This document shows, piece after piece, positions 50,081 through 61,903 of a stretch of DNA of 64,000 nt. This DNA is from Octopus sinensis (taxonomy: Eukaryota): the NCBI RefSeq assembly GCF_006345805.1, contig NW_021833451.1, positions 7,098 through 71,097 on the forward strand, written 5' to 3'. The notes under the pieces were generated by a model. It worked only from the letters and a program-made list of their open reading frames with translations. It was not told the DNA's origin and searched no databases. Each line of letters begins with the position of its first letter. The stretch's first letter is position 1. The translations under genes and the position numbers were made by a program.

Positions 50081-50214
50081 GAATACATCATTATTTGGGT
50101 GTAAAGACATTTATCAGTTCTAACGATTTTAATTTATTTTTTTCTTTCCCCTAATTTGCACTTTAAATCCCTTTGAAAATATTTTCTCTGTCAGGAAATA
50201 TTAGTTATAAAGCA

Positions 50215-51880
50215 TAAGCTCAAGATGAAGCCGACAATTTTATTATGTCCGAAACTGGCATCCACAAGGCGACCCTCTTGGGCCCCTTTATTCTCACTCG
50301 GGGTTGATCACATTGCCCGCCATTTGTCCTCCGAGGTAAACATTTGGTCCTCGATGATGTTACTCTCGGCGGGACTTTGGAGACCGTCAGGAAGGATATG
50401 GAAAAAATTATTTCTGGTTTTGCGTCTATTGGACTCGCTTTGAATGGATCCAAATCCGAGCTTATATGCTTGTCTGCGAGCCCTTCGGAATTCAAATTAA
50501 TTTTTTCGACCTTATCTCGCCATATTGAAGGCCTGGGCATCACCCAGCTTGATGACCTCATCATTCTGGGTTTCCAATCAATAGCAAGGCTACTAAGAAG
50601 GCTTTATATGGCAGGCTCGAAGAATTGGAAACTTTAATCTCCCGCATTTCCAAACTCGAATCCCATTTAGGCCTTTTCTTGCTAAAGAACTATCTCTTCA
50701 TACCGAGGCTAACTTATCTCTTGCGCTCATCGCCGTGCTTTCTCGAACAAAATCACTTATTTCGTCTCGACAACATGGTCTCCGAAGCTCTTGAACTCCT
50801 CGTAAATATCAAATTCAAACCTTCAGACATGCGACGGGTTAATTTACCTATTCGTTACGGGGACATCGGCATTCGTTCTTGTGTTGATTTATCCCTCCCA
50901 TGTTACCTTTCCTCGTTGTCTGCCCTGCTACTTCCTTCAACTCTGTTCTCTTCCCCTTCCCTGAAAGCCCGAGTTGTTGGAATATGCGGCGGGTGTCAAC
51001 ATGTGGATTTCTCGTGGGCTTAAAATCCCGGACGTCCCCTCAGTTCAAAAGAACTGGGATGAGATACATTGTTTGCATACACTCGAAGATATCCGCCTAC
51101 GTGCTGACCAGTTTCAGTTGGCAAGCATCAATTGTGCCTGTCAACCCCACTCGGCCGATTGGCTTGACGCTTTGCCGATTTCCTCTGCTGGAATGTTGCT
51201 GGACGACGAATCTGTCCGCATCGGAATCTGTTTACGGCTTGGCATAGAGATTTGCCTGCCACATCAGTGCAGATGCGGAAAGGTCATTGACAGGAGAGGG
51301 CTACACCCCTCTCTTGTCGCCTCAGTACCGGCCGTATACCCAGACATGCCGCCTTGAATGATATTGTCAAGCGCGCGCTCAACGCCGCTGGATTCCCTTC
51401 GGTCCTAGAGCCGGTTGGTTTAGACCGTGGCGACGGAAAACGTCCCGACGGGTCCACGCTATTCCCGTTCAAGGGGGGACTCGCTCTCGTTTGGGACGTG
51501 ACCTGTGTCGACTCGTTTTCCTCGTCATCTCTCATGGACTCTGCCTCCCGTCCTGGCTCAGCCTCCGCACATGCCGAAACAAAAAAAATAACAAAGTATG
51601 CCTCATTGGAGAACACCTGCCTTTTCGTCCCCCTGGCTTTCGAAACGAGCGGGATAATCGGCCCAAAAGCTCTTGAGTTCCTTTCGGAAATCGGCTTGAT
51701 GATCTCAAGGAAGAGTCACGAGAGACGTGAGTCTAGTTGGCTTTTTCAGCGCATTTCGCTCGCGATATTGCGCGGAAACTGCCTATCTATTCGCGCGTCC
51801 TCTCAATCAAAGAATTAACATCATAAATTTACTTAATTAACAATTATTTAAAAAAAAAACTAAAAATTTCAAAAAAAAAA
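50215..51880 (+). mobile_element. Longest CRE-clade copy (RT C-terminal half, CCHC, RLE), frameshifted, poly(A) tail
   Basis: SETGI..GDPLGP, LDDVTLGG, PRLTYLLR, LPIRYGDIG, DWLDALP, CRCGK, RHAALNDIV, DGKRPDGSTL, WDVTC, PLAFETSG, LAILRGN. Confidence 0.9.
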
Positions 51881-52039
51881 AAAAATTAAAGAACTTGATT
51901 TCGGATTAATTTGCTGAAATAAGCCGAGAACATTGTGATTTTTTCTATTGGAAAATGCTTGGTTATATTTGTATGTCTGAGAAAAGAGAAAAAAAATTAA
52001 TAAATAAGAGTTCTTTTTTTTAATAAAGTGAATCAATTT

Positions 52040-52715
52040 ATGATAATTATGTATATTTAATTAGCAGCAGAGGATAGGATGGAATGGCAATTCCCACGCA
52101 AGATGGCTATTTATAGGCGTTGGAAAAGCCATGTCCGTTCCCGATGATCATTTCTTCTTCTGCTTGCCAAATCCGCCAGTTTAATAAGGAATTTTTAGTT
52201 CTGGGGCCGAGGACTCCCGATGTCTCCACTTCGATCGCGGCAAAGATGTGGCGGTGAGATAATGCACTGTATTTCTTGATTTTTAGCGTTTCGGCCAGGT
52301 TGGCTGCGGAGCCCGGCTCTGAAGCCGACGACAAGATGTTCCCGGCGGAAAAGGTATCCGTGCAAGTGGCGTCCCAGATGAGAGACTTGCCATTTTCAAA
52401 TGGGAAGGTCGTTAGACCATCAGGACGTTTACCATCCCCCCGAGCCAGCCCGACCGGTTCCAGCTATGAAGGGAATCCGGCAGTTTCCAGAGTCCGCTTG
52501 ACTATGTCGTTCAGAGCCGTATGTCGAGGGAAGCGTCCGGGACTTCTTTGGCACGATAACGGGTGCAATCCAAAGGGGTCAACGGTCGATCCACAGCGAC
52601 ACCGATGTTCCCGGCATACGTTCAGACCTAGGCGCATTGATATGTCGATCCTCAGGCAATCATCGTCCAATAAGGTTCCAATAGAACCCATTGGGATGGC
52701 GGTCAACCAAGCCCA
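52040..52715 (-). mobile_element. CRE-clade 3' fragment
   Basis: AWLTAIP, CRCGSTVDPFGLHPLSC, RHTALNDIV, GKRPDGLTTFPF. Confidence 0.88.
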
Positions 52716-53154
52716 GGAAAAATTTTAATATGATCAATTATGTTTTATTATGTATAAATGTTGGGGCATATACATTTTTGATGGAAAGCATTGAGTATCA
52801 AATAATTGTGCGTATCAAATAATTGTGCTATAATAAGTTTAGACACAATATATTGCAAAAAATGAAAGAACAATTCTTTAAATGGGAGTCACATCCTGGA
52901 AAATTTAAAACAATTTTGTACAGACATGGCATGAATTATCAGAGGAAACAATAGTCTTACTGTTGATTGAAAAAAAACTCGAAGTCCTACCTGACTTGCC
53001 AGAAGAGTCGGTTTAATTACAGCAATACAGGTAGGATAAATGTCGGTGTAGTTGTTTTAAATGGATAAGAAATTAAATATTTGAATAAAACTACATTGGT
53101 TCCATAATAAAGAGTAAAAATAAGTTAAAAAAAACAGATTACAAAAATGAAAAA

Positions 53155-54249
53155 TCAATGTTCACATTCCTTAGTGAGGCAAAGTTTCGACAATAGCCCT
53201 GAAAGCTGAATTTCCGAGTCGAGTCCTACCGAAGACAGCCTAAGTTGTTGTAATCCAATCTCCTTCATAAACATGACTTGAATTGCCTCCTTCAAACCGG
53301 AATGTATTTTGCAGACTTTAAACAACATGGATATTATGTCCTGTCCAGAATAGCCCATTTCCAGGAATTTGTAGAGAATCCGTTCAGCCTCGTCTATTCG
53401 TCCAGACACACAGGCATCCAACATTTCCTTGACCAGACTAGGTCGAGGCTCATCACAAATCTGCCATGTCATCACAACACCACCGAAAAGACGTTATCGG
53501 CTGTGACATCGGCCAGACCAATCACGGTAGACTGGAGGTTGTTGATCGCATTCCTCATATCTCCATCCGCACAAAAAACCAGAGCTCGGAGACCTTCCTG
53601 GTCGTAGCAAACCTTTTCCCTTTCTGCCACTCCTTGGACGCATTGATACACCTCATCGTCCAACATTCTGGTAAAGCGGACGATGGCACAACGTGACTGG
53701 ATTGGCTCTAATTTAATAATCCTTTCACGCATGCCGATCAGTTTGCTCGAGTCGTTGCAAGCAAAGAAGAACCGAGTGTGGTGTGAGTTTATTTCCATTG
53801 TTCGGCGAAGGGCCTGTTGGGCAGAACTTGTTATACTGTCAGACTCGTCCAGGATTATCATTTTATGTAAGTTTTCTGGTAAATTTACTTTTTTCTGTGC
53901 AAAATCCTTGATTTTGTTCCTCACAACATCAATCCCTCTAAAAATAAAATACTACAGTACCGTTCATGAGACGCGTTTAATTCAAGGACGGCTTGGCTAA
54001 ACAAATCTCCCAGTAACTCCCGAGCCATGCACAAAATGCTTGTTGTCTTTCCTGTCCCCGGAGGTCCCTTTAAAAATTATTGAATATTGCGTATTACAGA
54101 AATTATAAGGTTTGGAATATTCCCGGATTGAGCAAAATTTTGAAATGATCAATGGCTTCTTTATTACCAATTACATCCTCAAGTTTTTGAGGTCGATACT
54201 TCTCTACCCTTATTCGTAAAAATGGCACCACCAACCATGGGATTTTCAT
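53155..54249 (-). CDS. RFC2: Replication factor C subunit 2
   Basis: PW|[22 protein letters not shown]|[27 protein letters not shown]|[19 protein letters not shown]. Introns of 27, 30, 23, 27 (GC-AG) and 23 nt. One missing T near 54135-54141. Confidence 0.95.
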
Positions 54250-54936
54250 TTGAATTATACAATTAATTTTTTTTATAAAATTAGAACTTATTACAAACCT
54301 AATCATCCAAAAAACTGTTGTTGAATTACCTAATTTTGAAAAAAGCAATTTACGTCTTCCGGGCTCAGAAGTTTGACTTGGAACTTCATTGGGGTCGGTT
54401 TACACTTTGGAAAAGTCAATATTTTTGGTGATTGCTCTTCCGATGCTCCTCATGTCTGACTGACGCAACAATAAATCGTTACTTATGTTCCCAAACAACA
54501 CGTCTCACGTTTTTCAATTTCTTTGTTTAAAATCGAGATTTCGGTTGTCATATCAGTAATTTATCATGTCTCCCATAACTACAATACTCTCAAAGGAAAG
54601 TGGAACGAATTTAGATAGACTCCTTTTTGCTGCATCTCCTGCTGTCGCGGTGGCCTAGAGAAAGAAAATTTTCAATTTTTCGTCGGTGGTTTCTTCAATA
54701 TTAAAATTTTGCAATTTTGGATTACATAATAAATCATTTCATTTTCGTATTGTTTAAGTGAATTAAATTAGAGAACAATATTTTTCATTGATTTACTGTA
54801 ATATAATTGTAAGTGACAAATCCATTTAAAATTAATATTACATTTTTTGCAATATAAGTATATTTATTTCAAATAATATACGAATTAAATATCGATTCGG
54901 CGACTATAAATTTGTGCGCACTACACTGAAGCTGAA

Positions 54937-55635
54937 ATGAAGCAGCCGTCTGTGCATTCTCATAGCAAACAAAGCAGCGAAAATCTAATCACTCCCGAGT
55001 GTTCCATGAATAATTTTTCACGACAAATTGACCCGGCTGTATCTATCCAGTCCAACACTAACCACCAAGACCCCTCATTTCGAAATTCTAACGGAAGTTT
55101 TATTCCTTCTTGTATCTCTCTTAACAACCCTGCTTATTTTTATGACAATGTACAGAATAAGAACGTCCCCTCATTTTTGTCGACTCACCACAATAAAGTT
55201 GCCTTGAAACCTCAATATTCTACTATTCCCGTCCCCGTTATATGTGAGAATGACAGAAAAACGTTTTCTTATCCCGACAACAGTGTCGCTCCTTCGGAAA
55301 AGCCTGTGTCCACTCTAAAAAACGGAAACAGTAATTTTGTGAAAAATGTTCAATTTGATGAACCCAATTCAACTCAAGTAGCCGATGAGAGAGGCTCCTC
55401 ATGCAAAAAGTCCAATAAAGTGTCATTCAAGACGATACAAACGTTGGCTTGTCTGTCTTTTTTAATGAATCCTATTTTTGGGTGTTTCGCTTTGATTTAT
55501 GCCGGGAGGTACATTGAAGACGACGATTATTGCCATGCACGACGGATGGCTTGCATTTCTTATTCTCTGTCTATGGTTGGAATTTGTCTCACTCTTTTTG
55601 TTGTAGTTCCTCTTCTTGTTTTGTTTTTTAAATAA
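54937..55635 (+). CDS. CD225/dispanin-family membrane protein with a long low-complexity N-terminus
   Basis: LACLSFLMNPIFGCFALIYA...DYCHARRMA..SYSLSMVGICLTLFVVV, two hydrophobic segments at the C-terminus. Confidence 0.65.
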   Translation: MKQPSVHSHSKQSSENLITPECSMNNFSRQIDPAVSIQSNTNHQDPSFRNSNGSFIPSCISLNNPAYFYDNVQNKNVPSFLSTHHNKVALKPQYSTIPVPVICENDRKTFSYPDNSVAPSEKPVSTLKNGNSNFVKNVQFDEPNSTQVADERGSSCKKSNKVSFKTIQTLACLSFLMNPIFGCFALIYAGRYIEDDDYCHARRMACISYSLSMVGICLTLFVVVPLLVLFFK

Positions 55636-56024
55636 ATTTTATTTATACTTTCAAGTGAATGTCACTTAAGTAAAAGATACACTACATTTCTGGTTATTAT
55701 GGAATTGGATTTGAACTCAATATTCGTTGACAATTCTCACAAAAAAAGATTGGTTTCAGGAATTGTACATTTGTCATGATTGTGGGAGTTGAGTAGCCGA
55801 TCGGTAGTTACTAATATGGGTTTTTGACTAATCATATTTATTTTACAGTAGTAATAAGTCGCGACGTTAATGAGCGCATAAACTTCAAGTTCAAATCTAA
55901 TTCAATGAAGCACGCCGTTGAATGGACCGACTATTTTTTATTAAAATAAAAATATAATTTTTATAAAATAGATGACGATCGAATTATTTTAAGTTAATGG
56001 ATAATATTATTTCTAATAAAAAAT

Positions 56025-56125
56025 CCCTTGCGATAGTACGCTCTAATTCTTTCTCGATCGCGTCGAGTTCCCGCCCATGTAGCCTTTAATTAATTAACTT
56101 GTAATTAAATACTTGTTTCATAAAA
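56025..56125 (+). mobile_element. Very short CRE 3' fragment, same subfamily as 56753-57115
   Basis: cccttgcgatagtacgctctaattctttctcgatcgcgtcg is the exact reverse complement of about 56822-56862; possible TSD ataaaaaat. Confidence 0.7.
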
Positions 56126-56752
56126 AATTATAATTAGGCATTGCGGCATGGTTTTAGTTAAGATTATTTTTCATGAAATACAACAAATTAAGGATTATTT
56201 TAATTCTGATTCCGATCCGTCATCTTTTAAAGATATCGATAAGAAAAAAAATACAGATTGAAAGAAATTTAGAATCTGATCCGTTTTAAAGACGGAAAAC
56301 CCACATTCTGCAAGAAGATACTGACCTTCGTTTTTCGGCAGTCGAGGAATATAAGCTAACGCTCAAACACATTGAGGCTTCCTATTGTAAAACATGGTCA
56401 GTCAGAACATAATATGGATCACTTTGAACGAAATCGTTTATTTGACAGGCTTCGTAGTTGTTATTACGACCCGAACTGAGGTAGCCCAGATTGTTTAAAA
56501 ATTTTCATTTTCCAGGTAGTTTTTAGAACATTCTTAAAAAAATTGTCTTTGATTATAACTCCATCGTTCAAAATCCCGTTCTATGTGTGTGTTGGCCAGA
56601 AACACTGTTCACAAGGGTATTTTTATTGGAGGCATATTTATATGGATAGAATTGATTAAAATTACATTCTTATGTTGGTCGATCAACGGCGTGGTCTGTT
56701 CAGCGAATGGTGAGAATAATAATTAAAAAATTGTATATAGGGAAAATCATTT

Positions 56753-57115
56753 TTTTTTTTTTTTAAGAAAACCAACCAATAACTACAAGTTAATTAATTA
56801 AAAGCTTCAAGTGCGGGAAGCCGACGCGATCGAGAAAGAATTAGAGCGTACTATCGCAAGGGATATCCGCTCGAAAAACCATCTCGATTCGCGGGCGTCG
56901 CCTGTGATGGCAGACATGCGGGATCCGATCTCCTGAACGAAGCTGATTGCCTTACTGCCCAAGGAACCGGAAGTCTCAACCGCGAATGGAAGGAATTGGA
57001 ACTTCTCCGTAAGTGAGGAGTACTTCCGCATCTTTTTGCATTCCGCGGTTGTGACAATAGATCCAGGAGCGGAGGCCGACATCAGCAGGTTCTGAGGCGA
57101 GAAAGAGTCCACACA
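56753..57115 (-). mobile_element. CRE-clade 3' fragment inserted beside a LINE RT remnant
   Basis: VDSFS..AECKKMRKY..PFAVETSG..LAIVRSN; poly(A); 12-bp TSD ggaaaatcattt at 56741-56752 and 57116-57127. Confidence 0.88.
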
Positions 57116-57499
57116 GGAAAATCATTTGTTTTAAATTTTTCCATATGTTGCGACTAATTTTAAAATCAGTGGTGTTATGAACGACCCTTTCTTTCGCGAT
57201 AAAGCTGACCATAAAGTCGAAAGAAATGCTAAAATACTTAATTTTATTATTCACGGGCTCAGTCGACCGACTATCAACACTCAAATACTGACTGGGGCGG
57301 TACAGTAAAACATCAATGCCCAATGGTCACCCAATCGTTTAGAATCAATTATATCAAGCCACAATTAAAGGCTTTAGCATTAAACTAAATTGGCTGGCTT
57401 TATAATCAATTAAGGGCCTTAATATACCTTTGAGAATTATTTTTTATTTAATTTTTAACCCCCAAACTTGCATAGCAAACCCAGCACAAACAGTCACAG

Positions 57500-58030
57500 C
57501 TAACTAATCAAATGAAGAATCCAAGGAAAGAAGGAACTGTTTGTGCCGATCAGCATTAGCTTCCAAATTTTCAATACAGCCTTCCGGATCCAAAGAGAGG
57601 TGGGAATATCTGGTATGCCCATTTCCCATTTGTCAGCCTCCTACCGTCGCTCACCGAACATCATTTGTTTTCGGAAGGGTTTTACATAATGGAGATTTTT
57701 CATAGGTAATTTGATCAAGAGAAGGTAGAGATCCCCTTTCTACATCTGCTCGTGCCAGATGTACTCGTCGCCTCACGGATGGGAACAATGACAATATTTG
57801 ACCCCAGCTGAAAACTTGCTTCTTTCGGAATCAAACCCGCGAAATTCGTATTCCAAGATCTTCAGAATTTATAAAACTGAGATTATTTATTTATTAAAGA
57901 CCAAAGACGGGTAGGCCAGTTAATTATAATAATCCCCGTGATCGCCGATCCGAACCAGGAAGATCCTACTGAAAGGTTCGATCCTGCCCGCATGATCGGC
58001 CTGAGACGACGATGTCCCAGGGTCTGAGAT
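57500..58030 (-). CDS. Possible exons of an unidentified host gene
   Basis: Open frame FRKKQVFSWGQ...TNDVR|YSHLSLDPEG...SSFD* if a 45-nt intron is assumed; 5' part unresolved. Confidence 0.3.
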
Positions 58031-58074
58031 AAAACTGAGATATAAAATTTCCAATAAAGGATTTTATTTATGTA

Positions 58075-58465
58075 AACCAAAAGAGAAATAGTCATTGGCA
58101 GATAGCCAGAGTATTGCCTCTGACTATTGCTATAGATATTCTTTCGATTAAATACCGGTGCTCACACGGGTCGCCGGTAACCCTTTCGATTAATGAGGCA
58201 ATGCGCTGGAGTAGGGTCCGAGTAGAAGGCCCCTGTATTCCTGACGTCTCAACAGCCAGGGGGACAAACACTCTCCCATTCCCAATTCCAGCGTATTTCT
58301 CAGCTTTTCTCTTCTCTTCCCGTTCAGACGGGGCTCCAGGATTCTCGATGCATAATTTGATGTTCTGATTGGAAAAGGAGTTCACACACGTGACGTCCCA
58401 AACCAGACACTTTCCCCTCTGGAATGGAAATGTGGTCATCCCATCGGGTCTTCTACCTGAAATTT
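58075..58465 (-). mobile_element. CRE-clade 3' fragment
   Basis: GRRPDGMTTFPFQRGKCLVWDVTCVN...PLAVETSG...IAIVRGN; no TSD found. Confidence 0.85.
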
Positions 58466-58616
58466 TATAAAGTCTACAATGAATAATCAAAATTATAAAA
58501 AAATAAATAATAATTTAGTCGAATTTAAAGATTTTTTAATCATGATTTAAACACTAATTTTACTAACAAATAATTCTAAAATTGTTGGAAAAATGGAAGA
58601 ATCAATCGTGAATAAA

Positions 58617-59425
58617 TTACGGGTAAACATCCTTAAAAGTAAACAAAATCGTTTTTGAAGGAGAATGAGTACTCCCCAGACTAAAAGAAGGTACCCGAGG
58701 CTTGTGTGCGACCACGAATTCCGGACGATAGTTGAGAGGAGAGGGGGCCGTAGTCGTGTTCATGGGAGATCGAGTCCTTTTCTGTATTGAAAATTTCGGA
58801 GCTTGTTTTTTCACAATATTTTGATCAAATGAAGGGTATGTCCCAGGACCCGGACTTGAACTCTGATTAGTACGGAGAGGCGTCTTGACTCCAAAAACAT
58901 AAGAAGGTCTTTTTTCAAGAGTGGGATGCTGTGCTCCAATATCCCGGACAGGCCTATACTGATTCGGTGCAGGATTAGCGGAAGTTGAGATTCTCGTTGG
59001 CCTGAGCCCGAAGGAGAAAGAAGGCGGAATCCTATTCCGTGCACTGAGACGGCCTGAAGTGTTATATTCCTGGGGACTGGGTGTGTTTTCAATTCCTTAA
59101 AACATAGTTACTTGAATTAGAACTATTTCCCTTTAATTGGCCCTTTAGGGAGGGAGAAAGTGAACACACTTTTCCGAATCGATTGACCGAGGGGTCCAGA
59201 TTGTAGAATTCGGTGATACATTGAGTATTACCTCAAGTTGTATGACCAATACTACCTGATCTCAGTGTCCTGCCTGTCATTGTGTAGGCTGGTTTACGTA
59301 CTCGGGTAAAGTCGTGGTTGTAGTACCCAATGGTCGAGGGGAGCAGATATAAACCTTCAGGGCTCACATTTATATTATTTACTTTTGTTGTTTTGATCTT
59401 TTATAGATTTATTGGACAATTTCAT
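58617..59425 (-). CDS. ODF3/CIMAP1-like axonemal protein (sperm-tail PG-rich repeats)
   Basis: YLLPSTIGY..KPAYTM, PSPQEY..PSFSFG, PAPNQY..PSYVFG, SPGPGTY..APKFSI, PSPLNY..PSFSLG; introns of 28, 24 and 28 nt. Confidence 0.82.
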
Positions 59426-59620
59426 TTGTGACTTTTCTTTCATTCGCAAAATAGTTTCGTAGTTACAATATTTGTTACAAATCTTGGTAAGTCAAATTAT
59501 TGTAAAATCTACTAATTAATTAATTCATAAAATAATTTATCAATTTTTGTTTATCAATACTAATACGCTTAATTAAATGCAATTATAACAAATTTGTCTA
59601 CGCACATTAGCAACTGAAAC

Positions 59621-60829
59621 ATGGATGGCAAAGACGAGGGATTTCTAGAGAAATTGGCGACAGGACACGCAGAGACGGTGGCAGGGCTTATCTCAGACCG
59701 GCCCGGACTGGTAAATCTTAGGAACAAGGTACCCCAGCTCTTCATATTTCCAGGACGGAATTTCCGCTCTTCACCTTGCAGTCCATAAAGGAAATGAAAA
59801 AATAGCCAGTTTACTCATTAAAAAAGGTGCCAATGTGGATTATGCAAATGAAACCGACGGGTACACGCCTTTAATGTTCGCTGCAGTGTCTGGTCTGACC
59901 TGGATTTATTTTTAGGGAACATGGAATGTGTGGAACTGCTGCTGGAAAACAATGCAGACCCCAAAAAGACGAATAAAATAGGAAAGACTGCATCAATGTT
60001 GGCCCAGTTTGTCGGTAGTGGTTACTGCCGACTGACTTTCAGGAAATAACGAAATATCACGACAAATTAGGAACTACTTTCCAATCTCAGATCTCAACTG
60101 CTTTATTACGATAGAGGGTTGACCAAGTCTGTCAGTCCCCTTAGGTCCTGCCAAAATTGCCTCTAAATCGATAAAACCCCTCCACTCACTCCTTCGAGTC
60201 ACCAACTACAACCCCATTTGGGTAAATACAATATTTTATCGAGATAACAAAAAAAGTGAATGAATTGTTTGAAACAAGCGAATTGGAGTGCATTGAGCAA
60301 GTTATGTTAAAATTGTGCCACCGAGAACACCACAAACACGAGCAAGCTAACGACGCATTCAGTCTGAAATGCTTCTACATTGAACTCATAGTCCAACGAA
60401 TCAGGACTCAAACACCTCAAAAATGGCTCAAATGGTTTCGCTCACAGTCAGTCACGTGCTTAGGCTCCTCAGTAAAGAACAAATTGTCGACTGCACATTC
60501 GTCTGGAATAATTTAGAAAGTTTTATAAGGAGTTTGCCTCGGCTCTACATTCTACCATCGACTACAGCACTCTCACTCCTCCAGGTACAGCTCAGGTCGA
60601 CGAATGTGAGACGTGTCGCTGATTATTGTAGAAAAGTGCGTTGGAATGCCTTATTAATTCACTGGACGGTCAGAGTTGGAACACTGTAAGGTCATGTATG
60701 GTCTGCGATGAGGCAAACGGGCGGAGGAAAATGTGCAAATGTCGATTAGTGTTCTACTGTTCAGAAGAATGCCAGAAACTGCATTGGTTTCAGCACAGGA
60801 AACATTGCACTCAGCTGGCAAATAACTGA
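59621..60829 (+). CDS. ANKMY2: Ankyrin repeat and MYND domain protein 2
   Basis: N-terminal ankyrin repeats (SALHLA, GANVD, GYTPLMFAAVSG) and C-terminal MYND CMVC...CKC..VFYCSEECQKLHWFQHRKHC. Confidence 0.85.
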
Positions 60830-60893
60830 TTTTGTGTTCGCCATTTAATAACAGCTTTATATTATAAAACAAACAATGTACATACAAAATATA

Positions 60894-61752
60894 TTACTTT
60901 AACACCGACACAAAATTGCCGGGAAAAAACCCTCTACTGGACTTGACAGACCCAAACCACCAATTGTCATCATTTTTGAAGAGAACACAAATAACGTCGC
61001 CCTTCCTGAGACTCAACTCGTCCTCCCTCAAGGCCTCATAATCATAGTCAGCCACGACTAGAGAGTGAAATAATAACATCAACCGATTTCAACGTGCTTT
61101 TGATCATCTATACCCGACACTGACATCTTATCATAAAAACTCTACAAAATAGAGGAAAATGAAAACATGATCAGTGGGTGAGTAGGTGGTCTTCCTCCCA
61201 CAAAAAGTACTCCGAATGGTGTCGGGGGTGAAACTGCTGGTGGAGGACGGCACACGTGTGAGACTTGAGTTCTTAAAAAAAGAATTCTCTTGCAACAAAT
61301 TGAGAGGGTTGTGAATGTACGGGCGAGTAGGAGGGACTGGGATTGGATTGGGGATGTGTTCTTTAAACGAGGTGGACACACCCAATAGACTGTCTTTTGG
61401 CATGTGTGAATCTTTATTGCACTTCAAGGTCAATTTCTGTTGTCTTAAGAAATGGATACTTTGAGCAGTTGGTCAGTGTCTTTTTCGAGCAGGGATACTG
61501 CAAATTCCTGAGATTGAAGTTTGTGACTGATTTGTTGGTAGGAATGGTTTATTGAGTCGGTCAGATCATAAAGTCCGTTTATGACTGCGTTTTTTGCAGA
61601 GGAAACGATGGCTCGAGATGAATTCTACGTTAAATGAATGAGGGGTCTACAAATTCCAACTCGGATGAGAATCCATCTGCCACTGATCGAAGTGTTTCGG
61701 AATTTTTTAGGAAAAAATTTGAAAGTTCAAGTTCGTCTGATTTCTGAGACAT
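60894..61752 (-). CDS. Abl-interactor (ABI)-like adaptor with a C-terminal SH3
   Basis: N-terminus NSETLRSVAD..AKNAVINGL..IN..LQSQ..LE aligns by eye with the ABI N-terminal helices; Pro-rich middle; SH3 ADYDYEALREDELS...WW...GFFPGNFV. Confidence 0.7.
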
Positions 61753-61903
61753 GCGAGAATTATAGTTCAAAACACAACAAGAATCGTTATCAAATTATCC
61801 GCAACAAAACAAACTATACAATAAAATTAACTCAGATTAAACAATAATTTTAGTTATAACATTATCAAAGTTAAAATTATAATCTTAAATTATTTCATAT
61901 ATA

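Noticed and set aside
52795-52828. 17-bp direct duplication gtatcaaataattgtgc x2
   Set aside because: Isolated slippage-type duplication with no associated element.
58040-58475. TSD for the 58 kb CRE copy
   Set aside because: The matching ataaaatttc strings are inverted rather than direct.
59590-59620. RFX X-box in the ODF3-like/ANKMY2 promoter
   Set aside because: Only a half site (tagcaac) is present.
60894-61082. AHI1/jouberin identity for the SH3 gene
   Set aside because: No WD40 repeats, the gene is short, and the N-terminus fits ABI better.
1-61752. Reassigned nuclear stop codons
   Set aside because: In the conserved genes I rebuilt, in-frame stops disappear once mini-introns or single homopolymer indels are allowed.
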